64,000 bases of DNA from the NCBI RefSeq assembly GCF_018350175.1, contig NC_058368.1:96908001-96972000 (forward strand), given 5' to 3'. This document shows, piece after piece, positions 37,254-50,406 of the stretch (the first letter of the stretch is position 1; each line of letters opens with the position of its first letter). A program made the position numbers and the translations under genes. The notes under the pieces are model-generated. The model did no database searches. It worked only from the letters and a program-made list of their open reading frames with translations, and was not told where the DNA came from. The DNA comes from Felis catus. Taxonomy: Eukaryota.

Positions 37254-38810
37254 CCGAATAGCCAAAGCAATTTTGAAGAAGAAGACCAAAGCAGAAGGCA
37301 TCACAATCCCAGACTTCAGCCTCTACTACAAAGCTGTCATCATCAAGACAGCATGGTATTGGTACAAAAACAGACACATAGACCAATGGAATAAAATAGA
37401 AACCCCAGAACTAGACCCACAAAAGTATGGCCAACTAATCTTTGACAAAGCAGGAAAGAATATCCAATGGAAAAAAGACAGTCTCTTTAACAAATGGTGC
37501 TGGGAGAACTGGACAGCAACATGCAAAAGGTTGAAACTAGACCACTCTCTTACACCATTCACAAAAATAAACTCAAAATGGATAAAGGACCTGAATGTGA
37601 GACAGGAAACCATCAAAACCCTAGAGGAGAAATCAGGAAAAGACCTCTCTGACCTCAGTCGTAGCAATTTCTTACTTGACACATCCCCAAAGGCAAGGGA
37701 ATTAAAAGCAAAAATGAACTATTGGGACCTCATGAAGATAAAAAGCTTCTGCACAGCAAAGGAAACAATCAACAAAACTAAAAGGCAACCAACGGAATGG
37801 GAAAAGATATTTGCAAATGACATATCGGACAAAGGGCTGGTATCCAAAATCTATAAAGAGCTCACCAAACTCCACACCCAAAAAACAAATAATCCAGTGA
37901 AGAAATGGGCAGAAAACATGAATAGACACTTCTCTAAGGAAGACATCCGGATGGCCAACAGGCACATGAAAAGATGCTCAACGTCGCTCCTCATCAGGGA
38001 AATACAAATCAAAACCACACTCAGATAACACCTCACGCCAGTCAGAGTGGCCAAAATGAACAAATCAGGAGACTATAGATGCTGGAGAGGATGTGGAGAA
38101 ACGGGAACCCTCTTGCACTGTTGGTGGGAATGCAAACTGGTGCAGCCACTCTGGAAAACAGTGTGGATGTTCCTCAGAAAATTAAAAATAGACCTACCCT
38201 ATGACCCAGCAATAACACTGCTAGGAATTGACCCAAGGGATACAGGAGTGCTGATGCATAGGGGCACTTGTACCCCAATGTTTATGGCAACACTCTCAAC
38301 AATAGCCAAACTATGGAAAGAGCCTAAATGTCCATCAACTGATGAATGGATAAAGAAATTGTGGTTTATGTACACAATGGAGTACTAAGTGGCAATGAGA
38401 AAGAATGAAATATGGCCCTTTGTAGCAACGTGGATGGAACTGGAGAGTGTTATGCTAAGTGAAATAAGCCATACAGAGAAAGACAGATACCATATGGTTT
38501 CACTCTTATGTGGATCCTGGGAAACTTAACAGAAACCCATGGGGGAGGGGAAGGAAAAAAAAAAAAAGAGGTTAAAGTGGGAGAGAGCCAAAGCATAAGA
38601 GACTCTTAAAAACTGAGAACAAACTGAAGGTTGATGGGGGGTGGGAGGGAGGGAAGGGTAGGTGATGGGTACTGAAGAGGGCATCTTTTGGGATGAGCAC
38701 TGGGTGTTGTATGGAAACCATTTTGACAATAAATCTCATATATTAAAAAAAATAAAATAAAAATAAATTACACATAGAAGTGAAATCAAAAAAATAAAAT
38801 AAAATAAAAT
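37254..38810 (+). mobile_element. Young 5'-truncated feline LINE-1 (3' ~1.55 kb)
   Basis: ORF2 C-terminal part ([36 protein letters not shown]...) with in-frame TAA stops at 38026 and 38386, then 3'UTR, AATAAA and an A-rich tail. TSD AAACTGGGCCTTGTGGA (37237-37253) / AAACTGGACCTTGTGGA (38811-38827). Confidence 0.97.
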
Positions 38811-41391
38811 AAACTGGACCTTGTGGAAATACATATGAATCGTCTTTCAAAAGGCAGAAAAAAGATTATAGGTGAGCAAAGATGAAAGGTGGCAACATAA
38901 ATGATGTTGTGAAGAAATGAAATAATACAGGAGCAGGTGGGTAGGAGGCAAGAAAAGGTCCAGCAAATGTTGTCATGGATCCACTTTTGAAGAAATCTGA
39001 ATGCTATGAACTTTAAGAAGTTTGGCTTTACCTGGCAGGAAGTATGAAGCCACTGAAGTTTTCCCTAAACCTTCCCTGGAGAAGACAAGATGAATTCCTA
39101 AGATCGTATAGTGTTCATATCCATAAAACATATGACTAATTGGATATGGTAAGTGAGGGTAAAGAATTACTGATGCACCGTGGGATATTTTCTGAATAAC
39201 TAATGCTTGTCTCCATCCCCATTTTCTGTTACCTCTTAGTACTTTCTTACCCACATCCCCTCTTGGCTAGACTTTCCTCCTGCTTCAAGTTTCAAAAGCC
39301 AGAGCCTTGGACAAACTCAAATCTAAATAGGTTTGCAAGAAACCAAGAAGAGAAAAAGTCAGCCTACAGCCTTCCCATAACACATTTCTATCATACCACA
39401 ATTCTCCAAAGGCTGGGACAAGAGAGAGTTAGAAAATTATTCATCGGAACCAAGACACTGATTGACTACTGAGAAATGGGCCCTGTATTGTGACTGTCCC
39501 CAGTACTCCCAGGACATTTTGTGGGAGGTGGGACCCGAAGGACCAGTGGCCCATATCATAATAGAAAAATGCAGGGAGTCCTCAGATGAAAAAAGAGCAG
39601 TATGACCTTACAGAACCAACAAGACCTTGGTCAACAATAGGAGTGCCTCAGAACTCAACATGATGAAATGTGGTTGCTCCTATACGTCCAAGAGTGCACA
39701 CAAGTAGCAGAGAGACATGGTGGTGTGGCTAGGGCCTTGACAACAAGAACTTGGGGCTCTGTTCAGTAGCTTGTGGGCTCCAGTGACCAAGGACCAGACA
39801 GAGGGTAGCAGGACTAAAGATGCCAGCACATCCAGAAGGCACGGCGGGTCTAATAGACGCACCCCACCGTCAGAAACACTATGGCTCCATGGAGACCTCC
39901 CAGGATTTAAGTTCCATTTGGAAGAAGTGAGGGAAACCCTCATCAGAACAAATTTTCTGCCACTCCAGAGAAATGAGTTGCTCAAAACAGAAACTGAGTT
40001 CAGTTGTAGCAAAAGTTTAAAAAGTTAAAAGCTCACATGTGCTTTAGTAATGATAGGCAATATCAGATCACTATATAATGTCTTCGAAATCTCTGGCTTG
40101 GAAGTCTTGAAAAGACACTGCTACCAACTAGGTAACATGGGTAAAGGAGGAGAAAATGACTAGTGTAACACAATTAAAAAAAAAAATTCTGCCTCACTTA
40201 ATTAATGATGAGAATCATTGACTCAAGCATTTACTCTTCTTAATTTCTTTATGTCTTCAATGGAAGAGTATTGATTTGATTTTCTCACAGACATCTTCTC
40301 TAAGTCAAGTTAAATGGGAAAAAAATGAATTAAGTGATTTAATAAATTAAAATCTCAGAACTGAATTGGAAGTTATAGTGAACCCTAAAATTAAGTTAAA
40401 ATGAGAGCAAATGAAGTGAAATATAAAATAGGATTAAAAATTATCCTTGTACACTAAATGTCTACTTTTAATTAAATGTCTTCTGTTGGGTTTAATTACC
40501 AATATTGCAACAATGTGATTTTGTAATCTCAATATAATATTTTAACAACACTAAGAATTAAAGCTCATGAACTAGCACAGAATCTAACCGTCATTTACTG
40601 TATCATTTTATGGAAAACACACTCCACACACCAAACCAGCTTACCAAGTAATTTTGAGGAAACTGAAGAGAAGAGGGAACTGGGGTGAAGGGAGAGGAAG
40701 GAGGCATTAAAGGAAGGGGGAGAAGAGGAGGAGGAACAAAAAGAAAACAGCAGAAAAGAAAGAAAAGGATGTAAGATCCCTGCCATCCGGATGTGTTTCA
40801 CACTAATGACAACAAACCTCAAATTTTTGTCCTAATTCTCCTCCCATCTTCCCTAACACTGCCCAGTCAGGGAGCGTGCCCCGTTTAGCAATGCCCTGCA
40901 CCTCCCTACAAAGTTAGAGAATGAAAAGAGTCAGCAGAGAGGTAGACAAAAGAGAATACCCCCCACCATCCCCCTCCTCCCCAAATCACACCTGTTGGGT
41001 CCCTCAGGACTGCGGGAGGTGAAGTGAAAACAAGAGACTTCTAACACGCCAGTGTGCAGAGAGAACAGCCCCAGGGGGATTTCCCAAGAATAGTTACTCT
41101 TTGGGGGCAGGTGTTCTTGTGATTGCCTCATTTTCAGTAACCAAGGAAACATTCTACCCATTCCCATGAAGACGAGCATTATCAGGGTGACTGTGCATCC
41201 AGTTTCCACAGGTGAAAATATAATGTGTTAAACCTTGAGTTCCTAAAAATAACCAAAGTTAAAAGTAAAATTCATTGATTTCAGTTCTTTACATTTGCTG
41301 CCCTCAATAAAAACTAATGTCCAATTAAAAGAATTGTTTTGTTTTGTTTTGTTTTGAGAGGGCTGAAAATTTTTATTAAGTATCTACTCTC

Positions 41392-41621
41392 AAGGCATCT
41401 GGGTGGCTTAGTTGGTTAAGCATCTGACTTCTTGATTTCAGCTCAGGTCATGATCTCATGGTTTTTGAGTTCAAGCCCCACGTTGGGCTCCACACTGACT
41501 GTGAAAGTGCAGAGTCTGCTGGAGATTCTCTCTCCCTCTCTCTCTCTGCCTCTCCCCTGCTCACTCGCTTTCCCCCCCCCCCACCCCGTCTCAAAATAAA
41601 TAAATAAATGTTTAAAATAAG
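41392..41621 (+). mobile_element. Can-SINE (first of a tandem pair)
   Basis: Flanked by AAGTATCTACTC copies. Confidence 0.92.
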
Positions 41622-41633
41622 AAGTATCTACTC

Positions 41634-41760
41634 AGAGCACCTGGATGGCTCAGTCAGTTAAGCATCTGACTTTGGCTCAGGTCATGATCTCATGGCTCAT
41701 GGGTTTGAGTCCCGTGTAGGGCTCTGTGCTGACAGCTCAGAGCCTGGAGCCTGCTTCGGA

Positions 41761-41798
<38 letters not shown>

Positions 41799-41862
41799 AC
41801 GCCCCTCCCCCATTTGCACTCTCTCTCCTTCAAAAATAAACATTAAAAATAAATTTTTAAAA
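41634..41862 (+). mobile_element. Can-SINE (second of a tandem pair) with internal (TG)n
   Basis: Flanked by AAGTATCTACTC copies; (TG)n at 41764-41797. Confidence 0.92.
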
Positions 41863-42553
41863 AAGTATCTACTCTCTGTAATTATAATACTAAGTAACCA
41901 TATTTGCAGCAGAATGAAAAATCTAGCTTTTGGTTATATAGTTTCAAAATTTTACCCCCTTTCCCTCTTAATAGATTATGTGATTTACTTTTGGTCACTT
42001 TATGAACACAGGTTTAAATAAAGTAAGAGGTATTGCCACAAGAAGGCAGGAAGATACTTATTCTGTTTCAATTAGTCCTATTTTGCAACGCATTCAAGTT
42101 TAACTCCACTAATGTTCCTTATAAATAATATCAAGACAGATATTTTACTTTTGTTATAGGAGTTTTCATGGAACTGCAGCATGAATTCTTTGGTAGAAAA
42201 GAACTGTGAAGATATGCTTTCACATAAAAGACGGGTAAAACACAGCAGCTGATTCATTTGCAAGGAAATATTCAATGTAAATGACTTTCCTCAGAAACTT
42301 AAAAAGGAATTCATTTTCAGGATTTTTTTTTCAATCAGAAAATGTATGAGAGAAAGAAGAGGAAATATTTATGAGAGAACAACTTCATGCAGAATGTGAA
42401 CACATGGAATTAGGGTGAACCCAACAAAGTTGCTAGTATCTGATCATTTTTGACCTACACAAATGGAAAGTTCAAGCTCCTCACCTACTACCTCTGAAAC
42501 GCAAAAGCCAAAAGCAAACATACCACTTAATTTTAAAAAAAGAATTCTATTTT

Positions 42554-42790
42554 GGGGGCACATGGGTGGCTCAGTCAGTTGGGCGGCCACCTACAGCTCA
42601 GTTCATAATCTCACGGTTTGTGAGTTCGAGCCCCGCGTAGGGCTCTGTGCTGATAGCTCAGAGCCTGCTTTCAGGTTCTGTGTCTCCCTTTCTGCCCCTT
42701 CCCTGCTTGCTCTCTGTCTCTGTCTGTCTCTCTCTCTCTCTCTTTTTCTCTCTCTCTGCCAAAAATAATAAACAATAAAAACATTTTTTA
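42554..42790 (+). mobile_element. Can-SINE
   Basis: GGGGGCACATGGGTGGCTCAG head, CT tract and A tail. Confidence 0.92.
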
Positions 42791-43181
42791 AAAAGTTCCA
42801 TTTTTCAACTATTCGTAATAATCACATATACCTTGAGGGTCTCTCTGAATTATCAAGGCAGAGCTAATGAATAGGAAAAGTAGTTTCATGTGAAATCTTC
42901 TCCCAGAACCAGCCAGATGTTTAAGATAAGCTACTAGGGAGAAGAAACTGAATATTTAAGATAGAAATTGAATAGGAAAACTTCTGTGTAATTACATATT
43001 ACGGGTAATTCATTACTCTCCCTAAGGGAAAAGGTATCAGAATGCCTCCAAATCCAATGTAGGATTTCCCAGAAAAATGGGGCTCTGGCCTGTCGAGCTA
43101 AACTAGCAGAGGAGAAAGAAGTTCATTGTATGTCATCTTGACCCAAGGAAAAAGATTCCTAGTAAAAAAGAAAATGCTTCT

Positions 43182-43218
43182 GGGGCGGGGGTGGGGGGTG
43201 GGGTGGGGGTGGGGAGGG
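43182..43218 (+). other. G-rich tract, potential G-quadruplex
   Basis: Seven runs of at least 3 G separated by single-base loops. Confidence 0.7.
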
Positions 43219-43775
43219 AAACAACGTAACAGAAAATGCAACCCAAACCATCCTAACTCTCCTTGCCCAGAACCCTACAGGATTCGGCTCTTCTCACTCA
43301 CCTTTAAAAGCAAGGATCTGAAGGAGAGAACGATTGGAAAGGACAATAGATGATAGCATTACACAATGAATATGCCCTAAATTCACCCACTTCGTCTATC
43401 TTCTCAATAATTCCAGCAACATTTGGAGAAACATTGAACAGCAGGGCTCTGTGGGGCGCCTTCCGCCTGGCTTTGTGGTATTGGCTGCATAAGAGAGGTA
43501 AAACAGCTTCCCCAAAGTCCTAGGATCTATGGATTGTTGTGCTGACATCTTTCAGATGACTGAGTTGTTTTTCAGGCTTGTGGTTAAGTATTTAAAAGCT
43601 CAGAGTGTTCTGCCCTCAGAACATTGAAACAATTAGCACAAAGAATCTAAAACCTCAAGAAATGAGTTATTCTTAATCTATTCTGAATTAGCCAATGCTC
43701 CTTAAAGCTGGGAGACATGTCTCCTCTTCATGTTATCACTTTTGATAGACCTCTTTTAAAAACGTGAAGTATATT

Positions 43776-43990
43776 GAGGCACCTGGTTGGCTTAGTCAGT
43801 TAAGCATCTGACTTCGGCTCAGGTCATGATCTCCTGGTTCGTGAGTTTGAGCCCCCTCTGTGCTGACAGCCCAGAGCCTGGAGCCTGCTTCAGATTCTGT
43901 GTCCTCCCTCTCTCTGCCCATCCTCTGCTCACTTTCTGTCTCTGTCTCTGTCTCTCTCAAAAATAAATAAAACATAAAAAGAAAAATTTT
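43776..43990 (+). mobile_element. Can-SINE
   Basis: SINEC head, body and tail. Confidence 0.92.
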
Positions 43991-44003
43991 AATGTGAATT
44001 ATA

Positions 44004-44121
44004 GGGGCTCAGTCAGTTGAGAGTCCCACTCTTGATTTCTGCTTAGTTCATGATTTCACAGTCTTAAGATCAAAGCCCCGTGTTGGGCTCTGCACTGAGC
44101 ATGGAGCCTGCTTGGGATTCA

Positions 44122-44176
<55 letters not shown>

Positions 44177-44255
44177 CCTCTCTCTTTTCTCTCTCTCCCC
44201 CTCTGCCCTTCCCCTGCTCATGCTCTCTCTCTCTCAAAACAAATAATCATTTTAA
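44004..44255 (+). mobile_element. Can-SINE with a long (CT)n tract
   Basis: Shortened head GGGGCTCAGTCAGTTGAG; (CT)n at about 44128-44174. Confidence 0.88.
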
Positions 44256-44257
44256 AA

Positions 44258-44610
44258 CATGTCAAGTACAGCACAGGGAATATAGTCAATAATACTGTCA
44301 TAACTTTGTATGGTGACAGAAGGTGGGCATTTTGCAATTTATACAAATGTCAAGGGGTGCCTGGGTGGCTCAGTCAGTTAAGCATCCGACTTTGGCTCAG
44401 GTCGTGATCTCACATCCCCGTGTTGGGCTCTGTGCTGACAGCTCAGAGCCTGGAGCCTGCTTTTGATTCCAGGTCTCCCTTGCTCTCTCCCCCACTCGTG
44501 CTCTGTCTCTCTCTCGCTCTCAAAAATAAATACACATTTTTTAAAAGTCAGATCGCTGAAACTAATACAATATTTTATGTCAACAATACTACAATTGAAA
44601 ATAAATTAAT
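44258..44610 (+). mobile_element. L1 3'-UTR fragment interrupted by a SINE
   Basis: GTACAGCACAGGGAATATAGTCAATAATACTG...GAAACTAATACAATATTTTATGTCAAC. Confidence 0.7.
44354..44543 (+). mobile_element. Can-SINE inside an L1 3' fragment
   Basis: GGGGTGCCTGGGTGGCTCAG head. Confidence 0.92.
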
Positions 44611-47039
44611 AAAATCAATAAGATTTAAGAGACACAAAAAATAAATGTATTCTGGGCTTTGTTGCTTCCTTAAATTATTAAACCGTACCGTAGATGCTGA
44701 GGAATATAGAAAGCACCATGGATGCCAGGCAAGCTTGAATGGAATGAGATCATACAGCTATACTATCACAGGAATGTTACCTAGTATCTCAGAATCTCAG
44801 GTTTCTCTCTCTAAACATCTATCTCTGTTGAAAAGCAAAAAATATGATTGTGTATCCAAAAGGGAAATCAGTGCCAAGAACCAATGTTCTCAATGTTAGT
44901 TACTTTTATTCCTTCTCCTCCTCTAACCCAGACACTACCTACACCTACTCTCTCCACACCCCGTGGCAACTGTACAACATTACCAACCTACTGTTGCCAC
45001 CGTACTTGAGATAAAAGGTATCTTTACACACCTCCCCAAACTATCCTCGGTTTCCTCTGGGTTTCTAACTCAGTGTCTCAATGTCTCTAGAAGGAATGTC
45101 ACTTACTTGATGCCAAGCTATTACTCTCTCCAACCCATTTGTGCCAGATAAAAGATTTGGGCTTGCAAAACAAAACCAAAGCAGAAATCCAGTGTCAAAT
45201 TGTCCTAAACAAGGGGGAAATGTATTGTCTTGCATAGCAAGTTCAAAGGGAGAGGAGACCTCAGAGATGTTCGGCTTACCCTGGCTCGTTGTCTCTCTTT
45301 TTTCTGCATTTACAGGATCTGCTTCACCCCAAGGCTGTTTTACCTTACTCACAAGAAGGCTTTCAGAAGCAGCCGGGGTCACACAGGCTTCTTCGGCACA
45401 TCCAAAAAAAGAGAGGGATTCTTTGCCAGTCATGAAAGAAAAGAACTTCCGTTGAGTGTGATTAGGTCAAGTTAGGGCAGGTGGAAACCCTCTACCAATG
45501 AAATTCACCTGGAGAAATGTACAGATTCCCTCAGGATTAGATTATTGACAGCTGGAATGTAATCACGAGGACTGAATAAAACTAATATCTCTTCTTGCAG
45601 TGGGAGATGGGGGAGGTGGGCTCAGTTTCCTCTTGAGTTCCAACAGCCAAGTGGGAAAGAGCAGACACCTGAATACCTGTGGGTTCTGGTAGACTGGAAG
45701 AGAAGTTAGGTAAGCACCAAAAGCCCACTGAAGTTCTATGCCAGTGACTCACTGTACTCATCAAGCCCAGCATGCCACCTGTTAGCCTGGCTCAGCCTCA
45801 AAACTTTCTCCACACAGAATAGGAAGAATGCTTTCAATGTTAAATTGATAAATGTTTCATTCCAGGTAAATCATTTTTGCCCTACTCCCTATAGCTACTC
45901 ACCCATCGAAACAAGAGCATGACTTCTCCATAGCAAAGGCTGGGCCCAGCCTCGAACTTAGAAGTCATGTCTTGATTTGGTGTTTCCACTCAGATTATTG
46001 TTGATAGCATAGCCAACACGGTTGAGAAAGGACAGGGTCCTCAAAATCCTCAAAGCTTCACTCCATGTATCCAAAGCAAGGAGGCCTGAGCAGAGAATTT
46101 CCCTGGACACTTTAGGGTAGAGAGGCAGATGGTGGAAAAAAGTGGGAAATACCTTCCTGGATGCGTAAGAAGTCCTGTAGGATGCAGACAGATGAGGGTA
46201 AGATCAAATGGTTTGCCTGGCTTCCCGCATTCACCCTCATATTCTAGGTTGAAAATCCAGGATAGTGATATTAAAAACAATCATAGAATTCTGGAAAAAT
46301 CGCCAAGCAGGGAGCTTACCTTACTTCCTAAAGAATAACTTAGACAAGTATCACATGCCTTAGGAAAAGGCTCACAGTGAAACAGAGTAACAGTGAAGGA
46401 GAAATTGCCATGTAACATAATTAAGTGAAATAATATTATCTATTGAACAGTGGGATTCAGATGTTCCTGCACGTTCCAAGGACGGTGCAGAAGACAGATG
46501 AGGGTACTGGCTATGAGCTCACTCGGGACAGCAAGGGAGATGGTGAGTAGGGAGAATAACCCCTCAGCAAAAGACAAAGTAACTGTGTGGCTGAAAACCA
46601 CAAGGCAGATTTTTCAAGCAGAGAAGTATCAGTGCTTTCTTCCCCAACCTCCACTACTACACTACAGTTAATCCCTCTGTACAGAGGTACAGATGGGCAG
46701 TGGAAATGGTGGAGCCACTCGCTAGAAGCAGAAGTGACTCGTGCAGATTCGAAGACATCATAAAAGCCAAGCTTGAAGCAGAAATGACAAGGAACTCTTA
46801 CCTCTGTCTACACAGATCCAGCATTCTAGAAATCACTACATGGCAGGCATGCCCATGTCAACAACCCATCCTATCTGCTCTTCCCCATGCTCACCAAGCT
46901 CTGCCACACTGGTCTCCAAGTCTTCTTGACTCACCACTCAATGATGCCTCTCTGGGTGGCTGGCTTCTTCCAACATTCAGGTTTGCTGTTGTTGTGTTCT
47001 TGGTTTTGTTTTATTTGGTTTTATTTCTAAAGATGTGTT

Positions 47040-47360
47040 TCAAACCAAATCACCATGCTTTATGATGAAACCTTTGAAGCATTTCCATTAACATTCGGGG
47101 AAAACAAATCAAAGACTACCATTATCACATTATTTCACTTTTTCTAAAAGTGAATGCAATTGCCAAGAGAAATAAAACATAAATATCGGCAAGATATAGG
47201 CATGATTATCATATGCACTTGATATAATTATATACTCAAAAACACAAGAAAATTGACTGAAAAAACTATTAGAAGTGATAAGAAAATTAAGTATGGTGGC
47301 TGGCATACAGAACCACACCCCTCAGCTATATACATGGTAACCGTTTAGAAAATATAATGG
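47040..47360 (+). mobile_element. Ancient L1M ORF2 (RT-region) fragment
   Basis: GAAGCATTTCCATTAA...AAAACTATTAGAAGTGATAAGAAAATTAAGTATGGTGGCTGG resembles degraded L1 RT sequence. Confidence 0.6.
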
Positions 47361-47364
47361 GAGT

Positions 47365-47900
47365 TCTTAGCTCAGATTACAGATTGAATAAATCCATCCA
47401 ATTTTGCTTTCTTTTGAACTTCACCAAAACCATAGCAGAGGAAATTTTTTTAAGGGCATAAACTCACTGGGATAGGGAGCAACAAAGAGAAAATACCAGT
47501 AGAAGTAAAAGAGGTAATACCTATGGACAAATGACAACCCACTCAAGAAAGCCCAATTTTTACTTTATTTTACTTTATTTTATTTTATTTCATTATTTTT
47601 GAAAGCAAGAGAGCATACGCGTGCATGTGTGCACATGAGTGGGATAGGGGCAGAGGGAGAGAGAGAGAATCCCAAGCAGGCTCCACACTCAGTGCAGAGC
47701 CTGACACAGGGCTCCATCTCACAATGCGGAGATCAGGACATGAGCCAAAATCAAGAGTTAGACACTTCACCGACCAAACCACCCAGGGACCCCAAGAAAG
47801 CCAAATTTTCAATCAATGAGGATAACTAAGAATTTTCCCAATTCATACAATAGAATCCTCAAAAGGTACAAGAGCAGCAAATACAGAGGAGTGTACCTCT
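47365..47900 (+). mobile_element. HAL1-like 5' fragment with an inserted SINE
   Basis: Similar to the 18880-19200 segment (GAACTTCACCAAAACCATAGCAGAGGAAATTTTTTAAGGGCATAAACTCAC). Confidence 0.5.
47557..47793 (-). mobile_element. Can-SINE
   Basis: TSD AAGAAAGCCCAATTTT/AAGAAAGCCAAATTTT. Confidence 0.9.
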
Positions 47901-48202
47901 GGTCATATCTCTGCATGTCCGCGTTTTGGTTTTGTTTTTAACATTTTTATTGACACATGACTTGTATAACATAATGTTCACCAGACTAAGGTATACAATT
48001 CAATGTTTTTTGGATGTTCACAGAGTTGTGAAACCACCACATAATCTAACTTTAGAGCATTAGTATAACTGTGGCTCTCAGCTTAAAAGGCACTTCCTTA
48101 CAGCTGTCCTCCCTGATTATCTGTAATAGACCCACACCCTTTATTTCCTTCTTCTTTTCTTCAAGCACTAATAATGATGTATATTTAGTTACTGGCTTCC
48201 TT

Positions 48203-48389
48203 TGGGGGGGAGGGGTGGTGTGAAGAACGTGAACCAGAGAGGGGCAGAGAGCAGAGAGAGAATAAGACAGAGAATACCAAGCTGATAGCGCATTGCCCCA
48301 TGTGAGGCCCAAACCCACGAACCATGAGACCACGACCTGAGCCAAAATCAAGAGTCATATGCTCAACCAACTGAATCTCCCAGGCACCT
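48203..48389 (-). mobile_element. Degraded Can-SINE
   Basis: TSD TGGCTTCCTTT. Confidence 0.85.
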
Positions 48390-48964
48390 GTTGGCTTCCT
48401 TTTTTATTGTCAGCCTTTCCCACTAGAATGTAAGCTCCATAAAAAGGGCATTGTTATCTCTTTATCTTCTTTGTAATTTAGCTGTTAGCACAGCACAGGC
48501 CCAGGTACATGCTATGTGGTCACTAAAAAGAGTACAATGAATGAACTGTTAAGACATAATTATAGCAAAAGACTGAATCGTGCTCTATAGCGCGATGGGG
48601 GACCAGTCATCAAGAGCAACACCATGGGGCATTGAGGAGGAAAGGCAAGTAGGAGAGAACTGAGCAGGTAACCCCCTGTCCACCTGGAAGGTGAACCATC
48701 CCTACAGGACTGAGTAGACCTTCTAGGTTCTTGGACATTTAGGGAAAGAGGGGAGAGAAAGCTTCAAGAAGACAGCACCAAGATAGATAGCCCATAAAAG
48801 TGGGCTGATCTCATGCAATTAATTAAAAAAATAAAACAATAGGATCACATATGCAGGCCATACTGGCAAATCATTCAGAGTGCTTACACTAACATTAAAA
48901 TATACAAAGTAAATGTTCCTTTGAAGCATCCACCCTGCATGCTATTGTTAATTAGATGCTGAGT

Positions 48965-49345
48965 ACAGGGTAGTGCAACATTCTGGAGCTAGAATTTATA
49001 CCCCCATTCTGCCACTTAGTAGCTATGTGACTTTGAGCAAGCTGTTTAACTGCTTTGTGAGGGATTTGTGCATTTATAAAATAGACATATTAATAGTTCT
49101 TTTCTTTTTTTTAATGTTAATTTATTTTTGAGAGGGGGAGGGAGGGGCAGAGGGAGAGAGAGGGAGACACAGAATCCAAAGCAGGCTCCAGCCTCTGAGC
49201 TGTCAGCACAGAGCTGGACATGGGGCTGGAACCCGCGAACTGTGAGATCATGACCTGAGACGACATCGGACACTCAACCCACTGAGCCACCCAGGTGCCC
49301 CAAACATCTTAATAGTTCTTATGGCACAGAGCTGTTGTATTAAGC
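48965..49345 (+). mobile_element. MIR relic interrupted by a SINE
   Basis: CTGCCACTTAGTAGCTATGTGACTTTGAGCAAG...TAATAGTTCTT. Confidence 0.65.
49100..49300 (-). mobile_element. Can-SINE inside MIR
   Basis: TSD ACATATTAATAGTTCTT/ACATCTTAATAGTTCTT. Confidence 0.92.
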
Positions 49346-49982
49346 GAAAATAATCAGACCAGTGCCTGTCATAAACTGAGTGCCCAATATAAGTTTCCTG
49401 GTAGTTGTAGAAGCAGCGACAGTAGCTATTAGGGTGATGGTGGTACAAATAGGGGTAGACGGTAGTAAAATGATCAAGGCACAGCCCATCGTGCCTGCTT
49501 TATGGGGCAGGACAGTCAGATTCAGCTCCGTGTCAAGCAGTGTCAAATACAAAGTACTAAATTAATATCGAATTGACTTGTGCTCACCATGTTTCCGATC
49601 GTACCGCAAGATGATTTGACACAATTGATTTTTCCTCAAGAACTGAGCGAATCAGCAAATTTGTTGTCCCTGTTGTTGGCAAAGTGATTCCAAGCAATTC
49701 ATTCTCAACTTTGGCCCCGTGTGTCAGGAGGAGAGTCATATTCCTGAGTGTGTGAATGTGCGCGTGTGTGTGCTGCTCACTGGACGGTGACTCTGTGTGT
49801 TGCCAGGAGAACATGTGAGAACATCATTTTTTAGGGAACAAAGTGGGTTAACAGTGGACAGTCCTCAGAAAATAAGCCATGGTGGGCCAAGACCAAGAGA
49901 ACCATTTCTTTAGAAGACAGTCACTGGTTTGCTTTTTCCAATAATATCCCAGGCACCTCCTCTTGAGGGGGAGAATAAGAAA

Positions 49983-50220
49983 GGGGTGCTTGGGTGGTTC
50001 AGTGGGTTGAGCATCTGACTCCTGATTTTGGCTCAAGTCATAATCCCAGGGTTGTGGGACTGAGCCCCGCGTGGGGCTTCACGCTTGCCATGGAGCCTGC
50101 TTAAGATTCTCTCTCTCCTTCTGCCCCTCTCCCCCACTCATGTGTGCACATGTGCATGTACACGTGCGTGTATAATAATAATAGTAATAATAATGAAAGC
50201 ATAATAAATAATAATAAAAA
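49983..50220 (+). mobile_element. Older Can-SINE
   Basis: GGGGTGCTTGGGTGGTTCAG head; (TAA)n tail. Confidence 0.88.
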
Positions 50221-50406
50221 CTGGTTTTATCTTATGATCAGCATCAAAATCTACTACGGAATCAGCGCAAGCCTCCAGGTCCAAAAAGCAGGAAGCAAAA
50301 CCAGTTATTTGAATATTCGAGTATCAGGAGAGAGTTCTCTGAAAGAAGAGGTTTTCAGCATAAATAAGAATAAGTGAGTTGACTTCAGGTTAAAGTGAAT
50401 GTGTTA

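Noticed and set aside
37168..38028. 286-aa ORF, the longest in the window, as a host or chimeric gene
   Set aside because: It is the L1 ORF2 C-terminal fragment read in frame from a GTG in 29 codons of flanking L2-like DNA. It has no ATG start or promoter evidence and ends at a nonsense mutation.
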